Source of the DNA: Spirochaetota bacterium
Lineage (GTDB): Bacteria; Spirochaetota; UBA4802; UBA5550
Direction: 5' to 3'
Assembly (NCBI GenBank): GCA_003246895.1
Contig: QKCL01000067.1
Coordinates: forward strand, 17,995 to 81,994
DNA: 64,000 nucleotides
Below, in pieces: positions 10,292-21,961 of the stretch (its first letter is position 1; every line of letters begins with the position of its first letter). Made by a program: the position numbers and the translations under genes. The notes under the pieces were generated by a model that worked only from the letters and a program-made list of their open reading frames with translations, had not been told where the DNA came from and made no database searches.

Positions 10292-11584
10292 ATGTCTGAA
10301 ACAAGATTCCCTTTGCCGGTTTTTTTTATGCTGGTTCTATTTTTTCTTTCCATTCTGCCGGTTTCAGGGCAGGAAAAATTAATCTATACCTGGTCTGAAT
10401 GTGTTACTGCAGCTATGAGGAATAATGCTGAACTCTTGTCTTACAGAGAGGGTGTTGTGCAGAAAAAAGCGCAATACGGCATAACCAGGTCATCCATTCT
10501 GCCCCAGATCAGTGCGGGTGTTTCCGGAGAAAAAAATCTGAAAAAAAATTCATCGGAAAGTACATCTGAAAAAAATTATTCCTACAGTCTCCAGGCGAAG
10601 CAGCTTCTCTTTGACGGGTTTAAGTCCCGTTATGACCTGAAGGGTGCGGATGCTGATATAAAAGAATCAGAAAACAGCTATCTTGTCATGTCCGTTTCAG
10701 TGAGGTTCGAACTGAGAAAGGCATTTGTTACACTGTACAAAAATCAGTCCATGCTTGAAATACGTGAAGAAATTCTTAAAAGAAGAAAGCATGTAATGGA
10801 ACTTGTTAAAATGAAGTACAATGCAGGAACAGAGCACAGGGGATCCTATTATTCCTCCAGGGCTGATTATGTTCAGGCAGAGGCTGATCTGAAAAGTGCC
10901 AGGAGGGATCTGAATCTTGCAAGGGTTAGTCTCTTTTCTCTAATGGGGAAGGAGAATCCTCCGGAGTATTCAGTGAAAGGGGACTTCGGCCCTAAGGGGT
11001 CCTATAAAAAAAAGCCAGATTTTGGTGTGCTTGTCCTGAAGCATCCTTCCATGGTGAAATACCGGTATGCTGTAAAGTCAGCTGAATACGCCATGGAATC
11101 TGCGAAGCTCTCCTTCTCTCCGAAGCTTTATGGAAATGCATCTGTTGGCAGGTCCGGTGAAAAACTTGATAATATGACCGAGACATGGTCTCTGGGTTTT
11201 GAAATAACAGCGCCGCTCTTTGAAGGCGGAGAAACATGGTACGGCTATAAGAAAGCGGAATCTGTATATAGACAGGCTCTGCAGGATGAAAAGAACGGCA
11301 GAGCCGGACTGTTAACCGCAATGGAAGAGGCATGGAATACACTTATGGACAGCATAGACGATGTTGAGGTGAAGAAGGCTTCGCTGCTTGCAGCGCAGGA
11401 GAGATCCAGAATCGGAGAGAAACAGTACTCGATCGGGACTCTCACATTTGACAACTGGACAATTATAGAAAGCAATCTGGTAAGTGCTGAAAAGTCGTAT
11501 CTTGAATCAAGTGCGGCCGCTCTAACCGCAGAGGCCCAATGGATACAGTCAACAGGAGGAACCCTCGATTATGAAATCAGGTAA
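10292..11584 (+). CDS. tolC: TolC-family outer-membrane efflux protein
   Basis: Signal peptide; ILPQISAG, QLLFDGFK, PLFEGG repeats; adjacent to MacAB-like genes. Confidence 0.85.
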   Translation: MSETRFPLPVFFMLVLFFLSILPVSGQEKLIYTWSECVTAAMRNNAELLSYREGVVQKKAQYGITRSSILPQISAGVSGEKNLKKNSSESTSEKNYSYSLQAKQLLFDGFKSRYDLKGADADIKESENSYLVMSVSVRFELRKAFVTLYKNQSMLEIREEILKRRKHVMELVKMKYNAGTEHRGSYYSSRADYVQAEADLKSARRDLNLARVSLFSLMGKENPPEYSVKGDFGPKGSYKKKPDFGVLVLKHPSMVKYRYAVKSAEYAMESAKLSFSPKLYGNASVGRSGEKLDNMTETWSLGFEITAPLFEGGETWYGYKKAESVYRQALQDEKNGRAGLLTAMEEAWNTLMDSIDDVEVKKASLLAAQERSRIGEKQYSIGTLTFDNWTIIESNLVSAEKSYLESSAAALTAEAQWIQSTGGTLDYEIR

Positions 11585-12560
11585 GAAGAAATTTTTTGTA
11601 ATAATATTTATTTTGATGGCAGCAGCAGGCGCTTATTTCGGATTTTCATTCTTTGCACCGAAGAAACCTCAAGTCTCTGTCAAAGAGGTCAGGCCCATTG
11701 TGTCATCGATCAGGCTGACCGTATCCACAACCGGAACTGTTCTGCCCAGGAACCGTCTGGAGCTCAAACCATCTGTTGCAGGAAGAATCGAAAAGATCAT
11801 GGTCCATGAGGGGGATAAAGTCAGATCAGGGCAGATACTCGCGCTCATGAGCTCCACTGAACGTGCGGCCCTCATTGATGCGGCAAAACTTCAGGGTAAG
11901 GATTCACTTAAATACTGGGAGAGCGCCTACAAACCCATTCCAATAGTTGCGCCCATCTCGGGCACGGTTATTGTCCGCTCAGTTGAGCCTGGCCAGAGGG
12001 TAACCACCACTGATGATATACTTGTTATCTCCGACAGACTTATTGTTAAAGCCCAGGTCGATGAAACTGATATTGGAAAGGTTAAGAACGGCCAGATAGC
12101 ATATATCACACTGGATTCCCATCAGGATATAATCGTTCCGGGTAGAGTTACTCATATCTATTATGAGTCCACAACTGTAAGCAATGTAACTGTATACTAT
12201 GTAGTAATTACTCCCGACAGTGTCCCTGCAGAGTTCAGGTCAGGTATGAGTGCAACAGTTGAAATTGTGGAAAAAGAGGAAAAGGGGGTTCTTCTTGTGC
12301 CGAGTGAAGCCATTGTCTATGAGGGTGGCAAAAAAATAGTACTTCTTTCTAAGGGGAGGGGAAATCCTCCTGAAAGGCGAGAAATAAAGACCGGTGCTGA
12401 AAATAACGGTAAGGTTCAGGTCATAAGTGGTATTACTTCAGGGGATGTGCTCATAATTATGACAAAGAACGGGGTGGAGTCAAAGAGTGGCGGATCAAAG
12501 AATCCATTCATGCCTGAACGTCCAAAAAGAAAAGGAGGAGCCGGTGGACCCCCTAATTAA
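11571..12560 (+). CDS. macA: MacA-like periplasmic adaptor
   Basis: TM anchor; GRIEKIMVHEGDKV, IVAPISGTVI, VDETDIGKV, GMSATVEI. Confidence 0.85.
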   Translation: MKSGKKKFFVIIFILMAAAGAYFGFSFFAPKKPQVSVKEVRPIVSSIRLTVSTTGTVLPRNRLELKPSVAGRIEKIMVHEGDKVRSGQILALMSSTERAALIDAAKLQGKDSLKYWESAYKPIPIVAPISGTVIVRSVEPGQRVTTTDDILVISDRLIVKAQVDETDIGKVKNGQIAYITLDSHQDIIVPGRVTHIYYESTTVSNVTVYYVVITPDSVPAEFRSGMSATVEIVEKEEKGVLLVPSEAIVYEGGKKIVLLSKGRGNPPERREIKTGAENNGKVQVISGITSGDVLIIMTKNGVESKSGGSKNPFMPERPKRKGGAGGPPN

Positions 12561-14523
12561 GCTTGAGAATATAACCAAAACATATATGATGGGCAAAACC
12601 GAGGTTACTGCCCTGAAAAATGTTTCGCTCACCATAGAGGCTGGAGAGTTTACAGCAATCATGGGACCTTCCGGTTCGGGCAAATCTACTATGCTGAATA
12701 TGCTCGGATTCCTTGATACTCCTTCAGAAGGGAAATATCATGTGATGGGAAAGGATGTTACAGGTCTTGGTGAGGATGAGTTGTCTATACTCCGCAATCA
12801 CATTGCAGGATTTGTGTTTCAGCAGTTTCAGCTTCTGGCTAAGCATTCTGCTTCAGATAATGTACTTCTTCCATCGCTTTATGCAGGTAAGAAGGATATG
12901 AAGGATTCTGCTGCGGAGAAACTGAAATGGGTTGGACTTGGTCACAGAGTTGAACATTATCCCAATGAACTTTCCGGAGGAGAACAGCAGAGGGTTGCAA
13001 TTGCCAGGTCAATGATAAACGAGCCGCTCATTATTTTTGCCGATGAGCCCACAGGAAACCTCGACACAAAGAGTGAAGAGGAGATAATGGCAATTTTGAA
13101 AGATCTCAATTCTCAGGGAAAAACCATTATTATGGTTACTCATGAGAATGAGGTGGCGGCACATGCAGATCGCATAATAAGAATGAAGGACGGGGAGATA
13201 ATCTCCGACCAGAGAAAAAATAAAAAGAAGAAAACGAAACATATTCTGGAAGATTCAGATTATGATAAAATAAACAGTGCACTCGAGAAACAGACCGCTT
13301 CTTTTGGAAGGGCTGAATTCTTCGACTACATCTTTCAGGCTGTGGGCGCACTGTTCTCTCATAAACTCAGGGCATTCCTTTCTATACTGGGTATTCTAAT
13401 AGGTGTGGCATCAGTTATCTCCATGCTTGCAATCGGTCAAGGGGCAACCGCTTCGATAGAGGAGAACCTTTCGAAACTTGGAACCAATGTTCTCATGGTA
13501 AGGCCCGGGTTCAGGAGGCATGGAGGAGTTGCTCTTCAGCAGGGGGCGGGAAGCAGACTAAGTATTGAGGATGCCGAAGCTTTTCGTGAAATAAACGGTG
13601 TGAAACGGGTCAGCCCGGGAGTAAATGAGAGGGCACAGGTTATATACGGAGATAAAAACTATAATACCCAGGTTGCAGGGACTGGTGTTGATTACGCGGA
13701 GATGAAGGCGTCTGTTCCTGTTTCTGGACGGTTCTTTACGGAGGGTGAAAACCGGGCAAGGCAGAGGGTTGCGATTCTGGGGAATACTGTTGTAAAAAAT
13801 CTTTTCGGAAGTGAAAACCCTGTAGGCAAGAAGGTAAGAATAAACAAGGTTAGTTTTACTGTTATCGGAACGCTGCCGGTTAAGGGAGCTGCCATGATGA
13901 GGGACAGGGATGACCTCATTGTCATACCCATAAGAACAGCCATGTACAGGCTAATGGGGAAGACTTTTATCGATGAGATAAATGTTGAGGCAACATCAGC
14001 TGATATTACAGATACTCTCGGTGATGATATTCTGGCTCTTCTTAAAAAGAGGCATAGAGTGAGCAATGGAAAGGAGAGCCTCTTTGAGGTCATGGATTTT
14101 TCAGAGATGAGAAAGGCCATGATGAAGACTACAGGCACTATGGGAATGCTTCTCGGAGCAGTTGCCGCCATCTCTCTTATTGTGGGAGGTGTGGGTGTAA
14201 TGAATATCATGCTTGTGTCTGTCAAGGAAAGAACAAAGGAAATTGGTCTGCGTAAGGCCATAGGAGCCAGGCGCAAGGATATTCTTCTTCAGTTTCTTGT
14301 AGAGGCTGTGATTATGACTTTTGCCGGAGGAGTTGCCGGTATTCTTCTGGGTGTATCCATATCCATGGGCTTTACTTTTTTCGCAGGCTGGGCAGTGCAG
14401 ATATCTCCCACAGCTGTATTCGGGGTGTCGATGTTCTCTGTAATAATAGGGGTAACCTTCGGGCTCTGGCCTGCAGTTCTTGCTTCCAGATTAAGTCCAA
14501 TAGAGGCACTGAGATATGAGTAG
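12544..14523 (+). CDS. macB: MacB-type ABC transporter (ATPase fused to FtsX-type permease)
   Basis: Walker [32 protein letters not shown]; [24 protein letters not shown]; likely GTG 12544 after GGAGG. Confidence 0.92.
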   Translation: MDPLIKLENITKTYMMGKTEVTALKNVSLTIEAGEFTAIMGPSGSGKSTMLNMLGFLDTPSEGKYHVMGKDVTGLGEDELSILRNHIAGFVFQQFQLLAKHSASDNVLLPSLYAGKKDMKDSAAEKLKWVGLGHRVEHYPNELSGGEQQRVAIARSMINEPLIIFADEPTGNLDTKSEEEIMAILKDLNSQGKTIIMVTHENEVAAHADRIIRMKDGEIISDQRKNKKKKTKHILEDSDYDKINSALEKQTASFGRAEFFDYIFQAVGALFSHKLRAFLSILGILIGVASVISMLAIGQGATASIEENLSKLGTNVLMVRPGFRRHGGVALQQGAGSRLSIEDAEAFREINGVKRVSPGVNERAQVIYGDKNYNTQVAGTGVDYAEMKASVPVSGRFFTEGENRARQRVAILGNTVVKNLFGSENPVGKKVRINKVSFTVIGTLPVKGAAMMRDRDDLIVIPIRTAMYRLMGKTFIDEINVEATSADITDTLGDDILALLKKRHRVSNGKESLFEVMDFSEMRKAMMKTTGTMGMLLGAVAAISLIVGGVGVMNIMLVSVKERTKEIGLRKAIGARRKDILLQFLVEAVIMTFAGGVAGILLGVSISMGFTFFAGWAVQISPTAVFGVSMFSVIIGVTFGLWPAVLASRLSPIEALRYE

Positions 14524-14529
14524 AAATGG

Positions 14530-14569
14530 ATGCCGTTAGAGCCGCTGCATACAGCGGCTCTAACGGCAT
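14530..14569. repeat. Perfect 18-bp inverted repeat with 4-nt loop
   Basis: ATGCCGTTAGAGCCGCTG-CATA-CAGCGGCTCTAACGGCAT, just after the macB stop. Confidence 0.85.
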
Positions 14570-14727
14570 GGAAAAATATTATTGTTTTTGCTGCTGTTCT
14601 TGCTTTATTTTATGGGGTGACTCTCTTTTTAATAAATAGAAAAAAATCCTTTTAGGGTAAACATTTTTGCTGTAATGTTTACTTAATTGCTCAGTGGTTC
14701 TGTTATTGAGGCAATTATGGAGGATCG

Positions 14728-15846
14728 ATGTTTTTCCAGTGTAAAAAAATTTTTATCATAATACTAACTCTGTTTGCATCCTTATTTATGGGATGTGATG
14801 ATGGAGGGAATGGTAGAATAAATGATTCCAGTATACTCTTTAATGATAAAATTATTGAGAATGATGATTTTTTTGCAGGTTCCCACTGGAATGACCCTCA
14901 TGTTCTCCATGATGGAACACAGTTTGTCATGTTTGCTTCATCTGATATATCATGGAACGGATATGTTCAAATCTACAGGCTGGTATCATCTGACGGTAAA
15001 AACTGGTCCATTACAAATTCCGGGAACCCGGTTTTTGAAAAAGCTGCATCGGGATGGGACAGTCATTGTGTTGAGACTCCGGCTGTTGTGTATTACGGCG
15101 GCCAGTATCACATGTTCTATACAGGGTATGATGTGGCATATGATTATACTTCCAGTGACGGAAACGGATCCGGTGACGGGGATACACTTTACGATGATGA
15201 TACTGCTTCCAAGCATTTCAGAATAGGCCATGCAACCTCTCCAGACGGCATAACATGGACAAGGGATTCCTCAAATCCCATTGTTTTTCCCACGGACCCA
15301 TATGTTGTACCCAATCTTGATTTTAACCAGTCTGTAGTAGGTGAACCTGCACCTGTTGTCTTTAACGGGAAAATCTACCTTTATTTCACTGCTGTCGGGG
15401 CATCAATTGATGTAGGCACAACATGGCAGACCATAGGACTCGTTGTCTATGACGGCACAAACTGGGATGCTCCGAGACGGGTTCTTACCCCTGACCTGTT
15501 GATTTATCCAAGAAGCAGCGGAGATGAGTATATCGGGTATTCAACCCCCAATGCAGCTGTAATAGACGGTAAGGTTCACCTTTTTTTTGATGTTGTCTTA
15601 AATTCACCATGGACACAGGTAAAAATCCATCATGCAGTTTCGTCAGACGGTGAGTCCGGGTGGATTCAGGATTCCGGGGCTCTTCTTCAGAGAAGTGACT
15701 ACTACTGGACCGAATCTGAGATCAGGAGCCCGTCCGTTCTTGTTTACGGGGGTAACCTATATCTCTATTTTGCGGGTCATTACTACGATGGCTCTGTTCC
15801 AAATCTCTCCATAGGCCTGAAGGTTTATGAGGGAACTTCCCTCTAG
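14728..15846 (+). CDS. Lipoprotein with five-bladed beta-propeller glycoside-hydrolase-like fold (GH32/43/130-like)
   Basis: Lipobox FMGC; repeated blades WNDPHV, VETPAVV, VGEPAPV, YSTPNAA, IRSPSVL; SxDG.W turns. Confidence 0.65.
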   Translation: MFFQCKKIFIIILTLFASLFMGCDDGGNGRINDSSILFNDKIIENDDFFAGSHWNDPHVLHDGTQFVMFASSDISWNGYVQIYRLVSSDGKNWSITNSGNPVFEKAASGWDSHCVETPAVVYYGGQYHMFYTGYDVAYDYTSSDGNGSGDGDTLYDDDTASKHFRIGHATSPDGITWTRDSSNPIVFPTDPYVVPNLDFNQSVVGEPAPVVFNGKIYLYFTAVGASIDVGTTWQTIGLVVYDGTNWDAPRRVLTPDLLIYPRSSGDEYIGYSTPNAAVIDGKVHLFFDVVLNSPWTQVKIHHAVSSDGESGWIQDSGALLQRSDYYWTESEIRSPSVLVYGGNLYLYFAGHYYDGSVPNLSIGLKVYEGTSL

Positions 15847-15943
15847 GTGAACCGGATAATCCGGTCTCTTGGGGCCGGTTCTCTTTAATCTCCTTCAAAA
15901 AACAGAATTTAACATTTTTTCATGTATCTTTTCACGCAAAGGC

Positions 15944-15980
15944 TTGACAAATAATTAATGTCTACTAAATTGATAGTATT
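15944..15980 (+). promoter_or_regulatory. Sigma70 promoter overlapped by a candidate Rrf2 operator
   Basis: TTGACA (15944) N16 TAAATT (15966); palindrome TACTA-N6-TAGTA (15963-15978). Confidence 0.55.
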
Positions 15981-15988
15981 AGTAGTAA

Positions 15989-17302
<1,314 letters not shown>

Positions 17303-17749
17303 ATGAAGTTTTCCACCAGAGCGCGTTACGGACTGAGGCTCATGCTTTACCTTGCTGTACATTCAAAGGGCAGCCCGGTTTTGCTGAAGGAGATAGCAAA
17401 GCGCGAAGATATATCTGAAAAGTACCTTGGACAGATCATTATTCCCTTTAAGGCAAGAGGCCTTGTCGCAACAAAAAGGGGGGCCCAGGGCGGGTATCTT
17501 CTGGGGAGAGACCCATCCGAAATACTCATAAGGGAGATAATTGAGACCCAGGACGGGGAGCTTGCACTGGTGGAGTGCCTCGGACAGGGAGGGGGCTGCA
17601 GCCGTACAACTGAATGTATTACCAGGGAACTCTGGAATGAGATGAATGTGATGATCAGCGGTTTTCTTGAAGGGTATACCCTCAGGGATCTTGCTGATAA
17701 ATATGAACAGAAAATTTCAGGCAGTGCAGTAAATGATTATACAATTTAA
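17303..17749 (+). CDS. Rrf2-family regulator (IscR/CymR-like)
   Basis: MKFSTRARYGLR, KRGAQGGY, three Cys (CLGQGGGCSRTTEC). Confidence 0.9.
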   Translation: MKFSTRARYGLRLMLYLAVHSKGSPVLLKEIAKREDISEKYLGQIIIPFKARGLVATKRGAQGGYLLGRDPSEILIREIIETQDGELALVECLGQGGGCSRTTECITRELWNEMNVMISGFLEGYTLRDLADKYEQKISGSAVNDYTI

Positions 17750-17843
17750 TTAGTTTGAGTCGTTACTGTTAAATTATTGGCAATAAGAAGCAGAAGGAAT
17801 TAAAAAAACTTGAAGGACCAGGGGGATTGAGAATACTGGAATT

Positions 17844-18578
17844 ATGGACGATTTTGTAAAAAACAGTCATAATTACTTTGAAATTGCCGGATATTCTGCA
17901 GAAAACTACAAAATTGGAGTTTCTGCAAGGGCCTGTTCAAGTGGTTTTACCGGCTCTGCCGGGCCGGTTGAAAGCAAGGCAAGGGACAGGGAAATCCTCA
18001 GGGAAATTACAGGTTTTCCGGGTGAAAGAATCATTATGCTTGATCAGGTTCACGGGGATGAGATACTCACTGTAGATTCCGTTCCGGAAACTGAAAGTGA
18101 AGTCTACGGCTCAGGTGACGGACTCATAACGTCTCTGAAAAATGTGGTTCTGGTTATCAGAACAGCTGACTGTGTTCCGGTTATCATTGCCGATGAAAAA
18201 AACCGGGTTCTGGGAGCCGTACACTCCGGCTGGAGAAGCACACGGGAGAATATTACCGGAAAGTGCATAGAAAAGATGAAGTCTCTTTACTCATCTGATC
18301 CTGGAAAGCTTAAAGTCTTTATTCTGCCGTCCATAGGGCCTGCGCAGTATGAAGTGAGCGAGGATGTTGCTGTCTTTTTCCCTGAAGACAGGCTCGAAAG
18401 GGATGGAAAAATTTATGTTGATCTATGGTCCAATATTGAAAGGTCAGCTTCGGAAGCCGGAGTGAAGCCTGAGAATATAGTAAATTTCCGTATCTGCAAC
18501 AGAACTGAACATGAAGAGTTCTTTTCACACAGATACGGAGATATTGGAAGAAATTTGAATTTTGCATATATGTGCTGA
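17844..18578 (+). CDS. pgeF: YfiH/PgeF-family protein
   Basis: QVHG, GDGLIT, TADCVPV, HSGWR, PSIGP..YEV, FFSHR. Confidence 0.88.
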   Translation: MDDFVKNSHNYFEIAGYSAENYKIGVSARACSSGFTGSAGPVESKARDREILREITGFPGERIIMLDQVHGDEILTVDSVPETESEVYGSGDGLITSLKNVVLVIRTADCVPVIIADEKNRVLGAVHSGWRSTRENITGKCIEKMKSLYSSDPGKLKVFILPSIGPAQYEVSEDVAVFFPEDRLERDGKIYVDLWSNIERSASEAGVKPENIVNFRICNRTEHEEFFSHRYGDIGRNLNFAYMC

Positions 18579-18609
18579 GTTTTAGATATTTTATGCCGGA
18601 GGTGGTAAT

Positions 18610-19443
18610 ATGTGGGATTATACTGACAAGGTGAAGGATCTTTACACGAATCCTGTTAATGTGGGAAAGATGGAGGATGCAAACGGCGTGGGTCACGTTG
18701 GAAGCGTCGTATGCGGTGATGCGCTTACTCTATATATAAAAGTTGAGGACGGAATTATAAAGGATGCAAGTTTTGAAACTTTCGGGTGCGGAAGTGCCAT
18801 TGCTTCATCTTCAGCCCTCACTGAGATGATCAAGGGAAAGACCGTTGAGGAAGCCGAGAAGATAACAAATGCAGACATAGTTGAGTTCCTCGGAGGCCTT
18901 CCGGAGCAGAAAATTCACTGTTCTGTCATGGGTTCAGAGGCGCTGATAAACGCAATTGCCGATTACAGGGGAGAGAAGCCTCCTGTTGAAGATGAGCCAG
19001 AGGGGCAGATAATCTGCTTCTGCAAGAATATAACCGATGTGGATCTCAGAAAGGCAATTCGGGAGCACAACATCAAAGATGTTGATACCCTCATGGAAGT
19101 GACAGAGGCGGGAAGTGTATGCGGAAGCTGTATCCCCAGAATGGAGGATATTCTTGAGGAGGAGCTTGCAAAACCCTGTGAAGAAAATGTATGTGAAGAA
19201 GGAGCCATGACCAATCTCCAGAAGATTCATAAAATTGAAGACGTCATAAACAGGATCATACGTCCTGGGCTTAAACGTGACGGAGGGGATGTTGAACTTG
19301 TCGATGTTCAGGGGGACGATGTAGTCGTCAAACTCCACGGAGCCTGTTCCACATGCGTATCGGCCTTTGCAACACTGCAGCATTTTGTCCAGGAAGAGCT
19401 CAGAAAAAATGTTTCAGAGAAGATTAACGTTAAACATATATAG
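18610..19443 (+). CDS. nifU: Three-domain NifU Fe-S scaffold
   Basis: CGDAL, FGCGSAIASSS, KIHCS; central CFC..CGSC; C-terminal DGGD..GACSTC. Confidence 0.92.
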   Translation: MWDYTDKVKDLYTNPVNVGKMEDANGVGHVGSVVCGDALTLYIKVEDGIIKDASFETFGCGSAIASSSALTEMIKGKTVEEAEKITNADIVEFLGGLPEQKIHCSVMGSEALINAIADYRGEKPPVEDEPEGQIICFCKNITDVDLRKAIREHNIKDVDTLMEVTEAGSVCGSCIPRMEDILEEELAKPCEENVCEEGAMTNLQKIHKIEDVINRIIRPGLKRDGGDVELVDVQGDDVVVKLHGACSTCVSAFATLQHFVQEELRKNVSEKINVKHI

Positions 19444-19452
19444 GAAGATCTT

Positions 19453-20640
19453 ATGACAAAGCATGTTTATCTTGACAATAACGCAACAACCATGGTGGCT
19501 CCCGAGGCACTCGAAGCAATGCTTCCTTTTTATAAGGAGAGGTACGGTAATGCTTCCAGCATGTATTCCTTTGGAGGCCTCGTGGCAAAGGATCTTGACG
19601 CGGCCCGTCACAGGGTTGCGGAACTTCTTGGCGCAGAATTTGACTATGAAATAACATTTACCGGATGCGCCACAGAGAGTGACAACATGGCAGTCAGGGG
19701 GCTGCTCTCCTATTACAGGAATAAAAAACATATAATAACATCCACAGTTGAACACCCTGCAATAATAAGTCTGTGCAGGCAGCTTGAAAAGGAAGGGTAC
19801 AGGGTAACATATGTGCCTGTTGATAAAAACGGTGTGGTGGATGTAAATTACCTGAAGGAGTCTGTGGATGATGATACAGCCCTTGTCTCCATTATGCACG
19901 CCAACAATGAAACGGGTGTGATTATGCCTGTTGAGGAGATCGGCGCTTTCCTTAAGGAGAAAAAGATCCCTTTTCACGTGGACGGCGTACAGGCCGCGGG
20001 GAAAATTCCGGTTGATGTAAACAAGATAAACTGTGACCTCTATTCCATCTCTGCCCATAAATTTCACGGCCCCAAGGGGGTCGGCGCACTCTATGTGAGA
20101 AAGGGAACCAGAATGAGGCCACTAATGATCGGCGGGCATCAGGAAAAGGGCAGACGGCCCGGGACTGAAAATGTTGCCGGAATAGTCGGTATGGGTGTTG
20201 CTGCAAAAATGGCAGTGGAAAACCTTGAAAAAGAATCCTCCCTTGCAGCCCTGAGAGACAGATTGCAGAAGGGAATTCTTGAAAGAGTGAAGACCGCATC
20301 CGTAAACGGAGGAGATGTTCTGCGGACTCCGAATACAACCAATATATCATTTGAGTTCATTGAAGGAGAATCAATTCTTCTTTACCTGGACCAGAAGGGG
20401 ATCTATGTATCCACCGGTTCCGCATGCTCAACAGGTTCGCTGGAACCTTCACATGTTCTCAGGGCCATGGATCTTCCTTTCTCGAAGATTCACGGGTCAA
20501 TAAGGTTCAGTCTCAGCAGGTATACCACTGAAGAGGAAGTTGACTATGTCCTTCAGGAGCTTCCAGGTGTTATTCAGACACTTCTTGAGATTTCACCCTT
20601 CTGGGATAATGAGAAGGGTGAAGGCAAAATTATGGAGTAG
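19453..20640 (+). CDS. nifS: Cysteine desulfurase
   Basis: YLDNNATT, ANNETG, SAHKFHGPKG, STGSACS. Confidence 0.93.
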   Translation: MTKHVYLDNNATTMVAPEALEAMLPFYKERYGNASSMYSFGGLVAKDLDAARHRVAELLGAEFDYEITFTGCATESDNMAVRGLLSYYRNKKHIITSTVEHPAIISLCRQLEKEGYRVTYVPVDKNGVVDVNYLKESVDDDTALVSIMHANNETGVIMPVEEIGAFLKEKKIPFHVDGVQAAGKIPVDVNKINCDLYSISAHKFHGPKGVGALYVRKGTRMRPLMIGGHQEKGRRPGTENVAGIVGMGVAAKMAVENLEKESSLAALRDRLQKGILERVKTASVNGGDVLRTPNTTNISFEFIEGESILLYLDQKGIYVSTGSACSTGSLEPSHVLRAMDLPFSKIHGSIRFSLSRYTTEEEVDYVLQELPGVIQTLLEISPFWDNEKGEGKIME

Positions 20641-20643
20641 GGG

Positions 20644-21390
20644 ATGGTGAATTTTTATTCTGCCATTGCTGAATGGTATGACAGTATCTTTCCACTGTCT
20701 CCCGAAGAGGTAAGTTTTATTCTGAAGGAGATTTCTGAATCAGGATCTGAAAATGTTCTGGATATGGGCTGTGCAACGGGCTCTCTTTCAATGGAAATTG
20801 CAAAGGCCGGATATTCGGTCACAGCCTTTGACCTTAACAGCGAAATGATAGGGAAAGCCTTCGAAAAAACTGAATCCACGGGACATGTAAAGAGCCCGGT
20901 TTTTCTTGAGGCCGATATGAGGCACCTGAAGAGAAATTTCCCTGAGGATTCTTTCGGTTTTGCCTGTTCTCTTGGCAACACTCTCCCCCATCTTACTGAA
21001 GAATCGGACATTGAACTTTTTTTTAAGGGCATAGCCCATGTTTTAAGGCCCGGCGGCCGTTTTGTTCTCCAGATTCTCAACTACGATTATATACTGAAGC
21101 AGGGGCTTGAATGCCTGCCTGTTATTGATAACGGTGCTGTCCGTTTTGAAAGGTACTATGACTTTCTCGATGACGGCCTCATCGCATTCAACACCGTTCT
21201 CACTGTTAAAGGTGATAGTGAAAGAGTTGTTAATAATTCTGTTAGACTCAAACCCATGGGGCTTCATGAGGTAATGAAGCGTTTAGTCGATGCAGGTTTT
21301 CAGGTTTGCGGCACATACTCAGGTTATGGGGGAGAGCCCCCTGCAGACAGAAGCCTCCCGCTAATAGTTACTGCAGTCAGAAAAGACTGA
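20644..21390 (+). CDS. Class I SAM-dependent methyltransferase
   Basis: VLDMGCATG, LGNTLPH, LRPGG. Confidence 0.85.
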   Translation: MVNFYSAIAEWYDSIFPLSPEEVSFILKEISESGSENVLDMGCATGSLSMEIAKAGYSVTAFDLNSEMIGKAFEKTESTGHVKSPVFLEADMRHLKRNFPEDSFGFACSLGNTLPHLTEESDIELFFKGIAHVLRPGGRFVLQILNYDYILKQGLECLPVIDNGAVRFERYYDFLDDGLIAFNTVLTVKGDSERVVNNSVRLKPMGLHEVMKRLVDAGFQVCGTYSGYGGEPPADRSLPLIVTAVRKD

Positions 21391-21398
21391 CCTGCTGC

Positions 21399-21749
21399 CT
21401 ATTCTCCCTGATTTTCCTTGCCTATTTTTTCAATGTCATCCCTGATCTTTTTGCATTTTTCTTCCGCGGCCACAACCTTGTCCATTATATCCTTGATGGA
21501 CTGATCAGCATAGATATCCTTTTTCTCCTTGTAGAGGTCATGTGTTTTGTCACCAAGGTCAGAGAGGAGATCCTGCAGTCTTCTGTGTTCAATGAAAAGG
21601 TCTTTTTTCAGCTGAACATATGTGACGCCTTCACGGCCCTTCACTGCTGCTGTTTCGGCTCCTTCCTTTATTCCTTCCGCAGCAATATTTAATCCCTTTA
21701 TTACCATTTCCTTTACTTCATTCCAGTATCCCATTGCATCCTCCGTCAT
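21399..21749 (-). CDS. Small helical hypothetical protein
   Basis: 116-aa ORF with GGAGG RBS; coiled-coil character. Confidence 0.7.
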   Translation of the reverse strand: MTEDAMGYWNEVKEMVIKGLNIAAEGIKEGAETAAVKGREGVTYVQLKKDLFIEHRRLQDLLSDLGDKTHDLYKEKKDIYADQSIKDIMDKVVAAEEKCKKIRDDIEKIGKENQGE

Positions 21750-21961
21750 AAATTAATGTACATATAATATAACAAAAAAAATGGGGGAGTAAAAGAAAAA
21801 AACAGGTCCGGGGAAGGTTTGATACGGTGAATTCTCTTTAATAGTGTGTTGGCGGGCAGTGAACTCTCCTGCATGAGCCCTATGGAAAAGTGGTTGATAA
21901 ACCTGCCTTTTCGGTCAAAGATGACCAGATTCGGTACAGTATAAAAACAGGTGAGGTTGTG

